From: Octopus vulgaris | Taxonomy: Eukaryota | Direction: 5' to 3' | DNA length: 64,000 nucleotides | Assembly (NCBI GenBank): GCA_951406725.2 | Contig: OX597823.1 | Location: forward strand, 90,148,001 to 90,212,000 | Part shown: one piece after another, positions 13,515-26,560 of the stretch | How positions within the stretch are numbered: position 1 is the first letter of the stretch | How the letters are laid out: every line of letters begins with the position of its first letter | Translations under genes and position numbers: made by a program | The notes under the pieces: model-generated | The model's input: the letters and a program-made list of their open reading frames with translations, nothing else | Told to the model about the DNA's origin: nothing | The model's database searches: none

Positions 13515-13694
13515 CTAATGTAGGATAAAATTTTTTTCGGGAAAAAAATTTTATCAATGGCCAGCATATCAAAAAATACCTTTAAAGGTTAAATTTATAC
13601 ATAATTTACAAGATAAGGGCAAAAGAAAAATTCTAGTGCTAAATATGCCAAAACAAAAAAATTGTCGATAACCATTATAATATAAATTATAATG

Positions 13695-13720
13695 TATATA
13701 TATATATTTTCATGTGTGGG

Positions 13721-13757
<37 letters not shown>

Positions 13758-13767
13758 CCCACACATG

Positions 13768-13808
<41 letters not shown>

Positions 13809-14070
13809 TCATGTGTGGGTTTATACATATATTTTCATGTGTGGGTTCACATATATATATCATCATCATCATCATATATATATTCATGTGTGGGTTTATA
13901 TATATATATATATATACTTTCATGTGTGGGTTTATACATATATTTTCATGTGTAGGTTAATATATATTTTTTCATGTGTAGGTTAATATATATATATTCA
14001 TGTGTAGGTTTATATACATATTTTCATGTGTAGGTCTATATATATATATTTTCATGTGTAGGTTTATGCA
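13695..14070. repeat. Minisatellite (TA)n-TTTCATGTGT(G/A)GGTT, one unit inverted
   Basis: About 11 copies. AACCCACACATGAAA at ~13756-13770 is the reverse complement. Confidence 0.8.
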
Positions 14071-14606
14071 TATGTATGTATACACACACACACACACACA
14101 CACACACATACTGATATTAGAGTAATGAGTAAATAATCACAATTAATTCAAATGACAGTGTATATAGATAGGTGTACATACGCCTAAGGGATATTAAATA
14201 TCCGAAGAATTTACAGGTTTATATTAACTATGTCAACAACAATGTTACTTCAATAGGTAAATAAAATAAACACACACCTTATTAATATATATTAATGTAA
14301 ATCAGAAATAGAAAAACAAAACAATAAATCAAACAATTATAAATTCAATTCAATTTAAATATTTTATACAAACAAATGACACATCTCATAAATTACAGGT
14401 GTTTCTGCTTCGTTCATAAACGAAGTTTTTCAAGAATAATTGAATCTGTTTGAATATGTAATGATACTTCATCAGATTAACATACCTTCTAAACTATTTG
14501 ACAAAAAATATCAAACATATATATATATATATATACCAAAGAGAGACAAAGGATAAGTTATCAAAATATATTCAGTTTTAAAATCATATGCACCAAATTG
14601 TGTGCT

Positions 14607-14641
<35 letters not shown>

Positions 14642-14744
14642 TGGAGTAAGCACATAAATGTGAAACAAGGTGGAAAAAAGAGTACTTAAATACCAGAGAT
14701 AGAGTAATATGCTTCATTTAAAAGCAGCAGAAATATAGCAAAAG

Positions 14745-14782
14745 CTGTTACTCAGAGTTTCACGTTCCCGTTTGTCGGACAG
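14745..14782 (-). ncRNA. Minimal hammerhead-like motif, degenerate core
   Basis: CTGT-CCGACAA-ACG-GGAA-CGT-GAAA-CTC-T-GAG-TA-ACAG. Confidence 0.55.
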
Positions 14783-15274
14783 TTTTGTTAAAATAGAACA
14801 GAAGCAACGATAAGATCAAAACTAGTTAAAGGATACACCTTTAAAAATGGATTTGTTTCATTGGTCCTTTCAAATAATGGTCTGAAGCATGAGATAAACA
14901 AAATAAACGAATTCACTATAAATTCATCCTGCTATAAAAAATGGAGCATAAACCTTAATGTGAAGAATGGATTCAAAATACATATTGTCATTAATTATAT
15001 ATGAAATATGATTCGATTAATACATTAAAAATTAAAATATTTCACAACAGTGTATACGCATACTAAACCACGTATATACATCAAAATACACAGATAGATA
15101 TACACAGACCACATACATATGCAGACATATATATGTAAGACGTAAATGTACACACAAATACACATATACATATGTATATGCAATCTTGTCCGCATGCTAA
15201 AATCACTTGGTGTACACATATAGACTAGAAATAAAACGCAGAGACGGGGAAGAAAAAGAAAAGGTAAGGATCTT

Positions 15275-15581
15275 TGGAAGCCTAGTACTTATTCTATTGT
15301 GCCCTTTTGCCGAACCGCTATGTTACGGGGACATAAACACACCAGCATCGGTTGTCAAGCGATGTTGGGGGGACAAACACAAAAATACAAACATATGCAC
15401 ACACATACATATATATACGACAGGCTTCTTTCAGTTTCCATCTACCAAATCCACTCACAAGGCTTTGGTTGGTCCAAAGCTATAGTAGAAGACATTTTCC
15501 CAAGGTGCCACACAGTGGGAATGAACCCGGAACCATGTGGTTGGTAAGCAAGCTACTTACCACACAGCCACTCCTGTGCCC
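15275..15581 (-). mobile_element. Family A SINE (3'-truncated)
   Basis: Homology to 42740-43157. Confidence 0.85.
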
Positions 15582-16511
15582 ATACACATATACATATATA
15601 CATACACATACATACACACACACATGCACATGCACACACACACATTAGGGCGGAGTGTTTTTTTATGATTTTTGATTTCGTGATGGGGGTAGCGTGGATA
15701 AGATGTGAATAGACGTCAAAATAACTGGTATAGAATCTTAGAACTCTGCGACATGATGATCTGTCTCCACAAATGCATCATAAAATGGAAAAAGTGGGAA
15801 AAAAAAATGTCTCTACTTATATATTCGTTTCTACTCTAGGCATAAGGCCCGAAATTTTGGGGAAAGAGGCCAGTCAATTAGACCAACCCAGTATGCAACT
15901 GGTACTTAATTTATAGACCCCGAAAGGATTAAAGGCAAAGTCGACTTCAGTGGAATTTGAACTCAGAATGTAAAAGACGAAATACTGCTAAGCATTTCGC
16001 TTGGCGTGCTAATGCTTCTGCCAGCTTGCTGCCTTCTTCTTATTATTTATTAGTAATAAAATACAGTTTTCATTGTATCTTCTTTGGGTAGCTTTTAAAT
16101 GGCTGTGATGAAATTATTCTAAAATACGACTTCAACATGTTTATTCTGTGACTTCATCTTCTTGCCTCCACAGGGAGGGACAGGAGTGTACTGAAATTTA
16201 CATCTACATGAAAAATTTTCTTAATTCAATAAATTACAATATTTATGATATTTTTGTGCATTTTGGGAGTAAAAGCTAGGTACAGATTATGCAAGAAGTC
16301 TGTCAGTAGCCTTGTATTATTGAAAGATTTCCATGAATGTAGTTGATACTGTATAAATAATAATAGGCAAAAACATCTGGTATTAATTCAGAGAATGGAA
16401 TTTATAATTTAACCCTAATTGTTGAGTTGTTGCAGTGAAGTTGTTGGAGTAGAAAGTATTCTATAAATAATGGACTAAGAAGGTCTGATACTGCTAGTTT
16501 ACATTACATAT

Positions 16512-16879
16512 TGTGGCACTCCATCGGTTACGATGACGAGGGTTCCAGTTGATCTGATCAACGGAACGGCCTGCTCGTGAAATTAACGTGCAAATGGCTG
16601 AGCATTCCACAGACATTTGTACCCTTAACGTAGTTCTTGGGGAGATTCAGCATGACACAGAGTGTGACAAGGCTGGCCCTTGGAAATACAGGAAGAAAGA
16701 GTGAGAGAAAGTTGTGGTGAAAGAGTACACCAGGGTTCGCCACCAACCCCTGCTGGAGCCTCATGGAACTTTAGGTGTTTTCGCTCAATAATCACTCAAT
16801 ATGCCTGGTCTGGGAATCGAAACCACAATCCTATGACTGCAAATCCGCTACCCTAACCACTAGGCCATTGCACCTCCAC
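16512..16879 (-). mobile_element. tRNA-derived SINE (head H1, tail T1)
   Basis: Reverse-complement homolog of 56703-57053. Confidence 0.82.
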
Positions 16880-18049
16880 TTATATTACAGTATGAATGAT
16901 GTCAAAAGAAAGAAATCAAACTTTTGTGTCCCTTAAAGATAACTCTGCTCAATTCAGTGTTACTTTATTGTTACTTAAGAAGTCAGATTTATTCTGTAGT
17001 ACATTTGGGGGTATTGATGCCAAAAAGTGACACTAGATTTGTCTTATCAGGTCAAATTAATTAATGAGCTGTGATTCTGATATAAAAATAACAATATAAA
17101 CTTTTCCAAAAACCAACCTATCTAAGACAACTTTTGGTTCTATAATTCAAACTTCCAGTTTTAAAGGTATCTACACTAAAACCTCCCATTAAAATTCTAT
17201 GTTGGTTTATGTTCTGTGAGGATGAGGTGAACCGGAAGGAAAGGACAGTGACATCAATGGCCAAGGGGGCCCACCATAAGAGGAAGAGGGAACAAGGAAG
17301 TGAGGGAAGTAGCGCCAGCATGGTCCTCTTTGGCCTCACACTACATGTTCCAAACACCAACATTTATTTTTCTAACGTCTTCATTATCTTCAAAATAAAT
17401 TGAAACTAGGGCAAAGTATTTCAGTGGAAATATAGTAACAAGACAGTTAAACAGACCTGTGTTCAAAGGCATCCCAGTCATGGCCACCCAGTCTTTTCTT
17501 TTTTAAACACAGTGAATCTCAGACTACATCATCCAATAATGGAAGGGTGTGATTGAATCCTTTTGATTCCAACCTGTCTAAGACTGTCTCTGGTTCTATG
17601 ATACAAACTTCCTGTTTTAAAGTGACCTAAATTAAAACCTTCCATAAGTCTAGAGGGAGGGACAGAGCCCATAACCCTTACAAGATCTCTAAGATCAGTG
17701 AGGCTGTGGTTGTTCATGTACTGGTCAACATCTACAGGTAAAGACATGAACAGAAAAGAGGAGATCCGAGCTGGATGATGTCCAGGGGATGAAGGATTGG
17801 GGGAAAAAAATGGTTAGTATAGGGAGAGATGTAGTTGGATATACCAAAAATGATAAGTGGAGAGATGAGTGAGTTGGGGGTCACCATCCAACTCTGAGCA
17901 ACAGAAGCCATTAAGTTGAATAGAAAGACAGAGAGAGGAGATAACACCCTTGAGGGTCAGGTTGGAGTGCGTCAAAGATGGTATATCAATCAGTTGAGTG
18001 ACTTTCTCTGGATGAGGTCTAGGGTGTCAGTGTGTGTGTGTGTGTGTGT

Positions 18050-18840
18050 AGCAGCAGCAACAGGCTCCTAGATGTGAGGGAAGTGCTTCATTGAGGTCTC
18101 ACTTGGGCCTTGCAGAGTGTTAGCAATAGAATATCTTCTGGGCCAAAAAGAAGGGGCTAGTCTTTGGAATCAGTCCTTGCTATGTTAAGGATATACTTTC
18201 ACCAGAAGAGATCTTCAGTTAAAGTGGGGTCTTTAGCTTTATGCCATTCACCACTCATGTTTTGAGGTGATGTGGTTTTTTCTGGTGTTGTTTTGATGTC
18301 AAAAGAGAAAATGTTGGCAAGGCCCGACTGGAGCAGACTCTCAAGGTTTCCATTTATGGAATCAATACAAACTTGGTATGTGGCATCTGGGTTGTATGTA
18401 GATGATGCATGGTTAGGAAGGAATGAAAGGTTGTGTTGCATGCGTGAGAGTGGATGTTGTTCAGTGTGGTGAGAATTAGGTCATTGACGTATAGATGGAA
18501 GAAAGCACTGAATAGAACCACACCCTGGGGAGCGCTAGAGTTAATTAAAAAGTTGGGTACAAAGAACTCCATCAATATATGCTGCAATGGTGTGAGCTGA
18601 TAGGAAGCTACAACTCTAAGAGATGAGATGAGTAGGAAATTTTTGATAGGAGATTTGCATGCCAGACATGGTTGAAAGCTTTGATGTTGTCTGAGGCAAA
18701 AACATTGCTTTCACCAAACTTCTGTACGGTGAGAGCCCATACGTGAGAGATATAGACAAATAGGTTTCCAGTAGATTTGGCTCTGTGGGAGGCATACTGG
18801 TGGTCACATGGGAAGGAGAGGAATTCAGTGGCATTGTTAA
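18050..18840 (-). mobile_element. Degenerate CR1/Jockey-group LINE RT fragment
   Basis: ASDNIKAFNHVWHANLL and APQGVVLFSAFFHLYVNDL match RT motifs (ALDISKAFDxVWH; GVPQGSVLGPxLFxxYINDL). Confidence 0.7.
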
Positions 18841-18844
18841 TAAC

Positions 18845-19347
18845 AGTTTGTGTGGAAACTGGGTTCTCGAGGTGGTCATTAAGCTCTGCAGTAATTTTGG
18901 GAGCTGTACTTTTGTGATTCTTTCTAACAACTTGCGTAAGAGTCTGACAGTCTGTATCTGAAAGTTTTGGCTTTCTTCTGGAGTTTTGTTTCAACGAGGA
19001 GGTTTTTCCCCTCTTTCTCAAAGGCTGTCATTACTTTTGAGTGTATAGTTTGGTGTATCAAGAAGTACACCAAACATTTCAGCTGTTTTATTTGCACTAT
19101 CACCTGCCGTACAAGCACCAACAGTTTGACCCCTTTGAAAGTTTGATAGATCTGTCATTTTAATTAATTTTAATTACCTTTTTCTGATGATAACTGAAAA
19201 GAAACAGCAATTTTTGCAAAACATATTAAGCAACACTAATAATAAATCAAAAAACTTAAAAATAAACAAGCTTTTGACAGTTTTATAGATATTTCAAAAT
19301 TATGATGTTATGATACTAGGTGTTTCCATTATTTTATCCAACCCCTG
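18845..19347 (-). mobile_element. Tc1-like transposon, 5' part
   Basis: TA|CAGGGGTTGGATAAAATAATGGAAACACC terminus. Paired-like HTH peptide KQNSRRKPKLSDTD..KSTAPKITAELNDHLENPVSTQTV. Confidence 0.8.
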
Positions 19348-20781
19348 TATATATATATATATTGCTTAGCAACCCAAAACTTTGAAGTCACTATCAATGA
19401 TAAATTTGCACTCAACCAAACATATTGAGTAATTTCAAGTTAATGTAAAATTGTTTTTACACCAACATAAAAACAAACATTAATACACATACATATAATA
19501 AAACAGTTACATATTACTAAACCAATTTAATTTTACGTAAAAGCTTAGACTGCACTACATTAGAATCTATAGTAATTGTAGCTGGAGAGAAACAAAACAC
19601 ACAAAATGACCTGTCATTCAACACATAAGAAGCTTCTTTTATATGGTATTTCAGGGTGAGAGTTACCAGACAGGCCGACTGAAAGTTTCAGCAGTAATCC
19701 GTAACCATGTGTGTACAGTATTTCACCTCACACACATATGGTACCATATGGTACCTTTCTTTCAAAGCTGTTATATTCTGATTAAATCTTTCTCTTTGTT
19801 TAAATAGCTAAATATAAGTTTATATGGCTATAGCTGTGTGGTTAAGAAGTTCACTTCCCAACCATGAGTTTCATGTTCAGTCCCACAATGTGACACCTTG
19901 GACAAGTGTTTTCGATCATAGCTTTATGGCAACCAAAGCTTTGTAAGTGAATTTGGTAAATGGAAACTGAAAGAAGCCTGCCATATATGTATATGTGCAG
20001 GTGAGCACATGGGTGTGTAATTTTGTGTTTGTGCATGTGTTTTTGTCCGGACTTTGTGTAATAGTTGTAAATGAGTGCCACTGTTATAGATGCAGGGTCT
20101 CATTTCCAACTCTCTGCAAAAACATGTCTGGCCATGGAGAAATATTAGCTTGCTTGGAAATATGAGAGGGTTGGCGACAGCAGGAAGGGCACCCTGCTGT
20201 AGAAAATTTGTCTCAACAAATCCTATGTAATCAATGTAAACCTGGAAAAGTGGATGTATAATCCTTTAGAATTCAGATTATGCTGTCAAATGTAATTTTT
20301 ATTTATTCACATTGTTTGGAATTAATCCTGCATTATCTCACGGTTTTGGGATTTTGATGATGATGTAATTATTGTTCACCAAGTGCGAGAGGTCAGATCT
20401 GGTTAGTTTGAACGTAAAAATAGGTAAAATATTTGGGCTTCCATGCCGGTGGCACGTAAAAAGCACCATCCAATCGTGGTTGTTCGCCAGCCTCGTCTGG
20501 CCTCCATACCGGTGGCACGTAAAAATCACCATCCAATTGTGGCTGTTTGCCAGCCTCGTCTGGCACCTGTGCGGGTGGCACATAAAAAAGCACCCACTAC
20601 ACTCATGGAGTGGTTGGCGTTAGGAAGGGCATCCAGCCGTAGAAACACTGCCAGATCTGACTGGGCCCGGTGCAGCTTTCTGGCTTCCCAGACCCCAGTT
20701 GCACCGTCCAACCCATGGCAGCATGGAAAGTGGACGCTAAACGATGATGATGATGATGTCCAGTTTAAATAATGATATGTA

Positions 20782-21161
20782 CTAGCACTGTGACCCGGCA
20801 ACGCTGGGTCATAGTGCTAGTGCATGCATATACAGCTGCGTGTTTGCACACATATACACGAGTACTGTCCAAATCTCCGACCAATCACATACAGCTAGCT
20901 GGCATTCAATTGGCGTATCAAGTTTCGGGCATTTTGATTGGGTTTTCGATAGAAAATTCACAAAAAAGTCACTTCTATTGATTTTTTAATGGCTTTGCGG
21001 AGTGACTGGGGAAATGTAAAGATGTGCACGACCACCCTTAGACCGTTTTGAATGACCATAGAAAGTGCGAGCCCTCTAACTGAAAAATTGTGGATTTGTA
21101 TAAAGGACACGCACATACACACACACACAGACAGACATTTTACCGTTTATATATATAGAGA
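20782..21161 (-). mobile_element. Non-autonomous Helitron-like element (380 bp)
   Basis: Minus strand A|TC start at 21161, 3' GC-rich hairpin (GACCCAGCGTTGCCGGGTC), CTAG|T end at 20782. No TSD. Confidence 0.75.
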
Positions 21162-22752
21162 TTTAGAAATATTTCTCGGTATAGTCACCATATTACAAAG
21201 AAGATTTTTCTTAAATTAAATATCATTAGTTTTTAATATAAGAAATTCATTTCACACACACACGCACACATGATTTAGACACATTTTTGTAGAATGCACC
21301 ACATTTCTATAGTTCAACAAATCTAATCTGTAACCCGATACCACAAACTACTTGATAAATACATTAACCCTAAACCAGGGTATTTAAAGCTGTGACATTA
21401 GTCTACATGGTGAATAGGGAACAGAGTTAACCGTTTCATAAATATCACATCAAACACGTTTTTCAATATATGAGTGCAGGAGTGGCTTCCCAACCACATG
21501 GTTCCAAGTTCAGTCCCACTGCATGTCACCTTGCGAAAGTGTTTTCCACTATAGTCTTGACTTGACTGACTTGACAGCATTCACCCAGGGTGGGTTGAGC
21601 TGGCTTCATTCATCCTCAATGCTGCATCTCTCACAAACACTAGCCAGGCCTGATGATTTGAGGCTAAGACTATAGTCTTGGGCTAACCAAAGCCTTGTGA
21701 GTGGATTTGGTAGACGGAAACTGAAAGAAGCACATCATGTATATGTATGTATATGTTTGTGTGTGTGTCTTTGTCCTCTACCACAGCTTGACAATTAGTG
21801 TTGGTTTGTTTACATCACCATAACTTAGCAGTTTGGCAAAAGAGATCAATAGAATAAATACTAAGCTTAAAAATAAGTCATCATCATTTAATGTCCGCTT
21901 TCCATGCTGGCATGGGTTGGAGGGTGTGACTGAGGGCTGGCGAACCAGATGGCTGCAGCAGGCTCCAATCTTGATCTGGCAAAGTTTCAACAGCCGGATG
22001 CCCTTCCTAACACCAACCATTCCGAGAGTGTAGTGGGTGCTTTTACATACCACCGGCACAAGGGCAAGTCAGGTGGTACTAGCGACAGCCACACTCAAAT
22101 GGTGTTTTTATGTACTACCTGCACAGGAACCAGTCCAGCGGCACTGGCAATGACCTCGCTTGAATGTTGTTTTTCACGTGCCACTGGCACATGTGCCAGT
22201 GAGGTGACGTACTGGGGTCAATTCATTTGACTAAAAATCCCTCAAGGTAGTGCCCCAGCATGGCCACACCCAAGTGACTGAAACAAGTAAAAAATAAGAA
22301 TACCCATATGTGCCCCTCACCCTGATTTTGTTTCTTCCATAGCTTTTGGAAAAATTGATATTTTGGAATGAGATTTTCTACAAATACCTTACAGATGGTG
22401 TACATTATAATTATACAACTTGATGTGAAGAAAAGAAAAAAAAAATGGTCGGTGGACATTCAAACAAACTGACACATGTCACACATATATCTATAAAATG
22501 AAACTTGAAATTTTGGTAAAAATTACGTGATGTGTGTCAGTATGCATGTGTGCTCACCCACCAATTTCTTTTCACGTTAAAATCTGATATAATTGTAATC
22601 TACACCATTTCAAGGATATTTGTAGAAAATTTCATTAAAAATATTAGCCATTTTTCTGGAAGTTATGAAGGAACAAAGTTAGTGGTGGTGGATGACACTA
22701 GTGTCAGTATACCTATGTGTAATACACACACACACACATATAAATATGTATA

Positions 22753-23095
22753 GTGAAGACGCATGGCTTAGTGGTTAGAGCATCGAGCTTACGATCAGAA
22801 GGTTGTGAGCTCAAATCCTGGACCAGGCTATGTGTTGTGTTCTTGAGCAAGACACTTTATTTCATGTTGCTCCAGTTAACTCGGCTATAGAAATGAGTTG
22901 CGACATCACTGGTACCAAGCTGTATCGGCCTTTGCCTTTCCCTTGGATAACACCAGTGGTACGGAGAGGGGAAGCTGGTATGCATGGGAAACTGCTGGCC
23001 TTCCATAAACAACCTTGCCCAGACTTGTGCCTTGGCGGGTATCTTTCTAGGTGCAATCCCATGGTCATTCAAGACCGAAGGGGGTCTTCTCCTCC
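22753..23095 (+). mobile_element. tRNA-derived SINE with CORE-like segment (head H2)
   Basis: TGGCTTAGTGG A box and degenerate B box. Contains TTGTGTTCTTGAGCAAGACACTTTA (CORE-like). Confidence 0.7.
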
Positions 23096-23099
23096 TCTT

Positions 23100-23161
<62 letters not shown>

Positions 23162-23496
23162 TTGACAGACAGACATACATTATCATCTAATGTCTGTTTT
23201 CCATGCTGGAACAGGCAGTGTGTGTGTATGTGTGTGTGTGTGCGCATATGTGTGTGTATATTTCTACATATACATATATATATATGCTGGTGCCATCTAA
23301 AAAGCACTCAGTCTGCTCTGCAGAGTGGTTGGTGTTAGGAAGCGCATCCAGCTATAAAAACCATGCCAAAACAGACAGCAAAGCATGGTGTCGTCTTCTG
23401 CCTAGCCAGCTTCTGTCAAGCTGTCCAACCCATGCCAGCATGGAAAGCAGATGTCAAATGATGATGATGACGACGACAATATACGTATGTATGTGT

Positions 23497-23531
<35 letters not shown>

Positions 23532-23759
23532 ATAAAATATTAGGGAATAAATCCAAACTTACAGGGAAAAATCAGATTTAGGATTAAATCCAATTTTATA
23601 GTATAAATATATTATATTATATTATATTAAATTAGAGATAAAACCACTATTAAGCAAATCAAACAATGAAAAACATAAGCCAATACATAAAATTAATTAA
23701 TTTATATTATTTTAAATATATCAAAAGTATTAAAAGTTTAATAAAAGATAAAGAGTAAA

Positions 23760-23812
<53 letters not shown>

Positions 23813-24476
23813 AATATGCATGTGAGTACATGTGTTGGATCAAAACGATCGTTGTGATTGATGAAGAATCTCATGAATTCCATTTTCTTTTTCTCTCATT
23901 TGTTACACACACACACACACAGAGAGGGAGAGATAGACAGATATACAAATATCTATCTGTATTGATTGATTGATAAATATATCCAATAGATAGATAGATA
24001 AACCAACCACCCGTCCACTTCTACCCAGCTGGTGCCTTATGCGGCTCACCTGGGCACCCCATCTCCATTATCTATCTTTTGTTGCTACTACTTATCACTT
24101 TCTCTTTCTCCCCCTCCCCTCCAGATGTGAATAGCCACGTAGATCCCCCTACAGGAACCTGCTCTACATGCCCCTCCCCCTCATCGTCCCAGCATGTTGT
24201 TGGCCCCACTACCTCCCCCCAGGGTTCATAGTCCCATGAACACCATAGCAACCCCAGAGGTGTAGGTGGTATGAAAAAAGGCACCCAATCCATGCAGTAA
24301 AGTGGTTTGTCATTAGGAAGAGCATCCAGCCATAGAAACCATGTCAAAGTAGACGCTGGAGATTCATGCAGCCCTTGGATACACAGGATCCTGTCAAACT
24401 GTCCAACCCATGACAGCATGGGACACGGATGTTAAATGAACGATATATAATTATGTGGTAAGGCTTCAACAATATA

Positions 24477-24668
24477 TGAGCAGGTGCTGAAAAGTTTCTG
24501 GCATTAAGGGTGATGTGAAAGGCCTGCGTTCTTTTTACAGAGCTTAGAAAAACTAAAGGACCGCTGCAATAAATGTGTGACTCTGAGAAGGGAATATGTT
24601 GGATAAAATCATAATTAACTGATCGTCCTGTATTTTCTTTTACCTAAAGCCAGGAACTTTTCAGCACC

Positions 24669-24673
<5 letters not shown>
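24477..24673 (+). mobile_element. Mariner-derived MITE
   Basis: TIR GGTGCTGAAAAGTT(T/C)CTGGC at both ends, with TA flanks. Retains transposase C-terminus LEKLKDRCNKCVTLRREYVG*. A solo TIR of the same family is at ~52870-52902. Confidence 0.75.
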
Positions 24674-24717
<44 letters not shown>

Positions 24718-24907
24718 TCTAGATAGATAGACAGATAGAGATATATAGATAGATATATATAGAGAGACATAGAGATGTAGTGATGTGTGTGTGTGTGTGT
24801 GTGTGCGTATATAATAAAAATATGTTGTCTATTGACTTTATTACGCATGCTAGCAACTGGTATGAAATTTTTTCTAAATTTTCCATCCTTATTATTTTCA
24901 CAGTATG

Positions 24908-25678
24908 GCACTTCCTCACACAGCTGTCCTCATCCATACGTAACACATGACAATACCAGTGCAGTCTTCTCTCTCGCACATCATAAGCATCAACTGCAAT
25001 GTGCAAGAGAGACGACGACTGCACTGGTATTGTCATGTGTTACGTATGGATGAGGACAGCTGTGTGAGGAAGTGCTACACCCTAATTGTGGAAGGATCCT
25101 GTGGAGGAGGTAGACCCTGGAAGACATGGGATGAGGTGGTGAAGCACGACCTTCAACCTCACAGAGGCAATGACAGGAGACCGAAACCTTTGGAGATATG
25201 CTGTGATTAAGAAGACCCAGCAACTAAAGTGAGATCGCAGCCATGGCCAATGCCAGTGTTGCCTGTCCGGCCCTTTTAAGAGTACTCTTGGCGTGTCGGA
25301 TGATATGATATGCTTGAGAAGACCTGTTGAGTCAAGTAAAACCAAAATTGTAGGTGACTCCCGTTCCAGTGGCACATAAAAAAACACCATCCGAACGTGG
25401 TCAATGCCAGGTCTGCCCAACTGGCTCCTGTGCTGGTGGTATGTAAAAAGTACTATCCAAACATGGTTGATGCCAGTACCCACTGACTGGCTCCCGTGTT
25501 GATGGCACGTAAAAAGCACCCACTACACTCTGATAGTGGTTGGCGTTAAGAAGGGCTTCCAGCTGTAGAAAACTTGCCAGATCAGATTGGAGCCTGGGGC
25601 AGCTGCTGGCTCTCCAGACCTCAGTCAAACCGTCCAACCCATGCTAGCATGGAAAATGGACGTTATACAATGATGATT
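24908..25678 (+). mobile_element. RTE-clade LINE 3' fragment with 5' inverted duplication
   Basis: CNVQERRRLHWYCHVLRMDEDSCVRKC..GRPWKTWDEVVKHDL, followed by the same 3' UTR family as 48395-49485. Confidence 0.85.
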
Positions 25679-25681
25679 ATA

Positions 25682-25841
25682 GGTGCAGGAGTGGCTGTGT
25701 GGTAAGTAGCTTGCTTACCAATCACATGGTTTTGGGTTTAGTCCAACTGCATGGCACCTTGGGCAAGTGTCTTCTATAGCCTCGGGCTGACCAAAGCCTT
25801 GGTAGTGGCTTTGGTAGACGGAAACTGAAAGAAGCCCGTCG

Positions 25842-25886
<45 letters not shown>

Positions 25887-26058
25887 ATCACCACCCCCAC
25901 CATTGCTTGACAACCGATGTCCCCGTAAACTATCGGTTCAGCAAGAGAGACTAATAGAATAAGTACTAGGCATACAGATAATAAGTCTTGGGGTAGATTT
26001 GTTCGACTAAGGGCGGTGCTCCAGCATGGCCGTAGTCAAATGACTGAAATAAATAAAA

Positions 26059-26060
<2 letters not shown>
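25682..26060 (+). mobile_element. Family A SINE
   Basis: Homology to 42740-43157. Confidence 0.85.
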
Positions 26061-26138
<78 letters not shown>

Positions 26139-26372
26139 TATAGGGATAAATAGCTAGATATAGAGACAGAGACAGATAGACAGGGCTTTTTATTCGCTAC
26201 TAAATTGGATATTTAAAAATATCGAAGGTCATTTATATTAATAACACCTTAACCAGTATTTTGTAATTCGACAGTTTATACAACGAATTTTCTTGATATC
26301 GTCCTCCGACTCAAGTAAATTGCTCAAAATTATTGCTTTCAGATCCAAGCGTTCAAATCACGACAGACTCAC

Positions 26373-26560
26373 CTTATTTTTATTATTATTATTTTTTTAA
26401 TTCTCAGATAGTCCGGACTTATATATGTGTTTTGATCTGCTTTTAAAGTAAGCCCACGAGAGTCTTTTGTGGCAGGTTTGTATGAGATTCGATTCAACTG
26501 GTAGGTACTACTATTGTTTAACATTTCGACAGGGTTGCTTTTCCCCGCCTTCCTACCAAC
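26373..26560 (-). other. Candidate internal 5'-UTR exon of HS3ST (188 nt)
   Basis: Acceptor tttttctactactatcatctgcag| and consensus donor AAG|GTGAGT. Unique-looking, CpG-retaining sequence on the same strand as HS3ST. No transcript evidence available. Confidence 0.5.
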
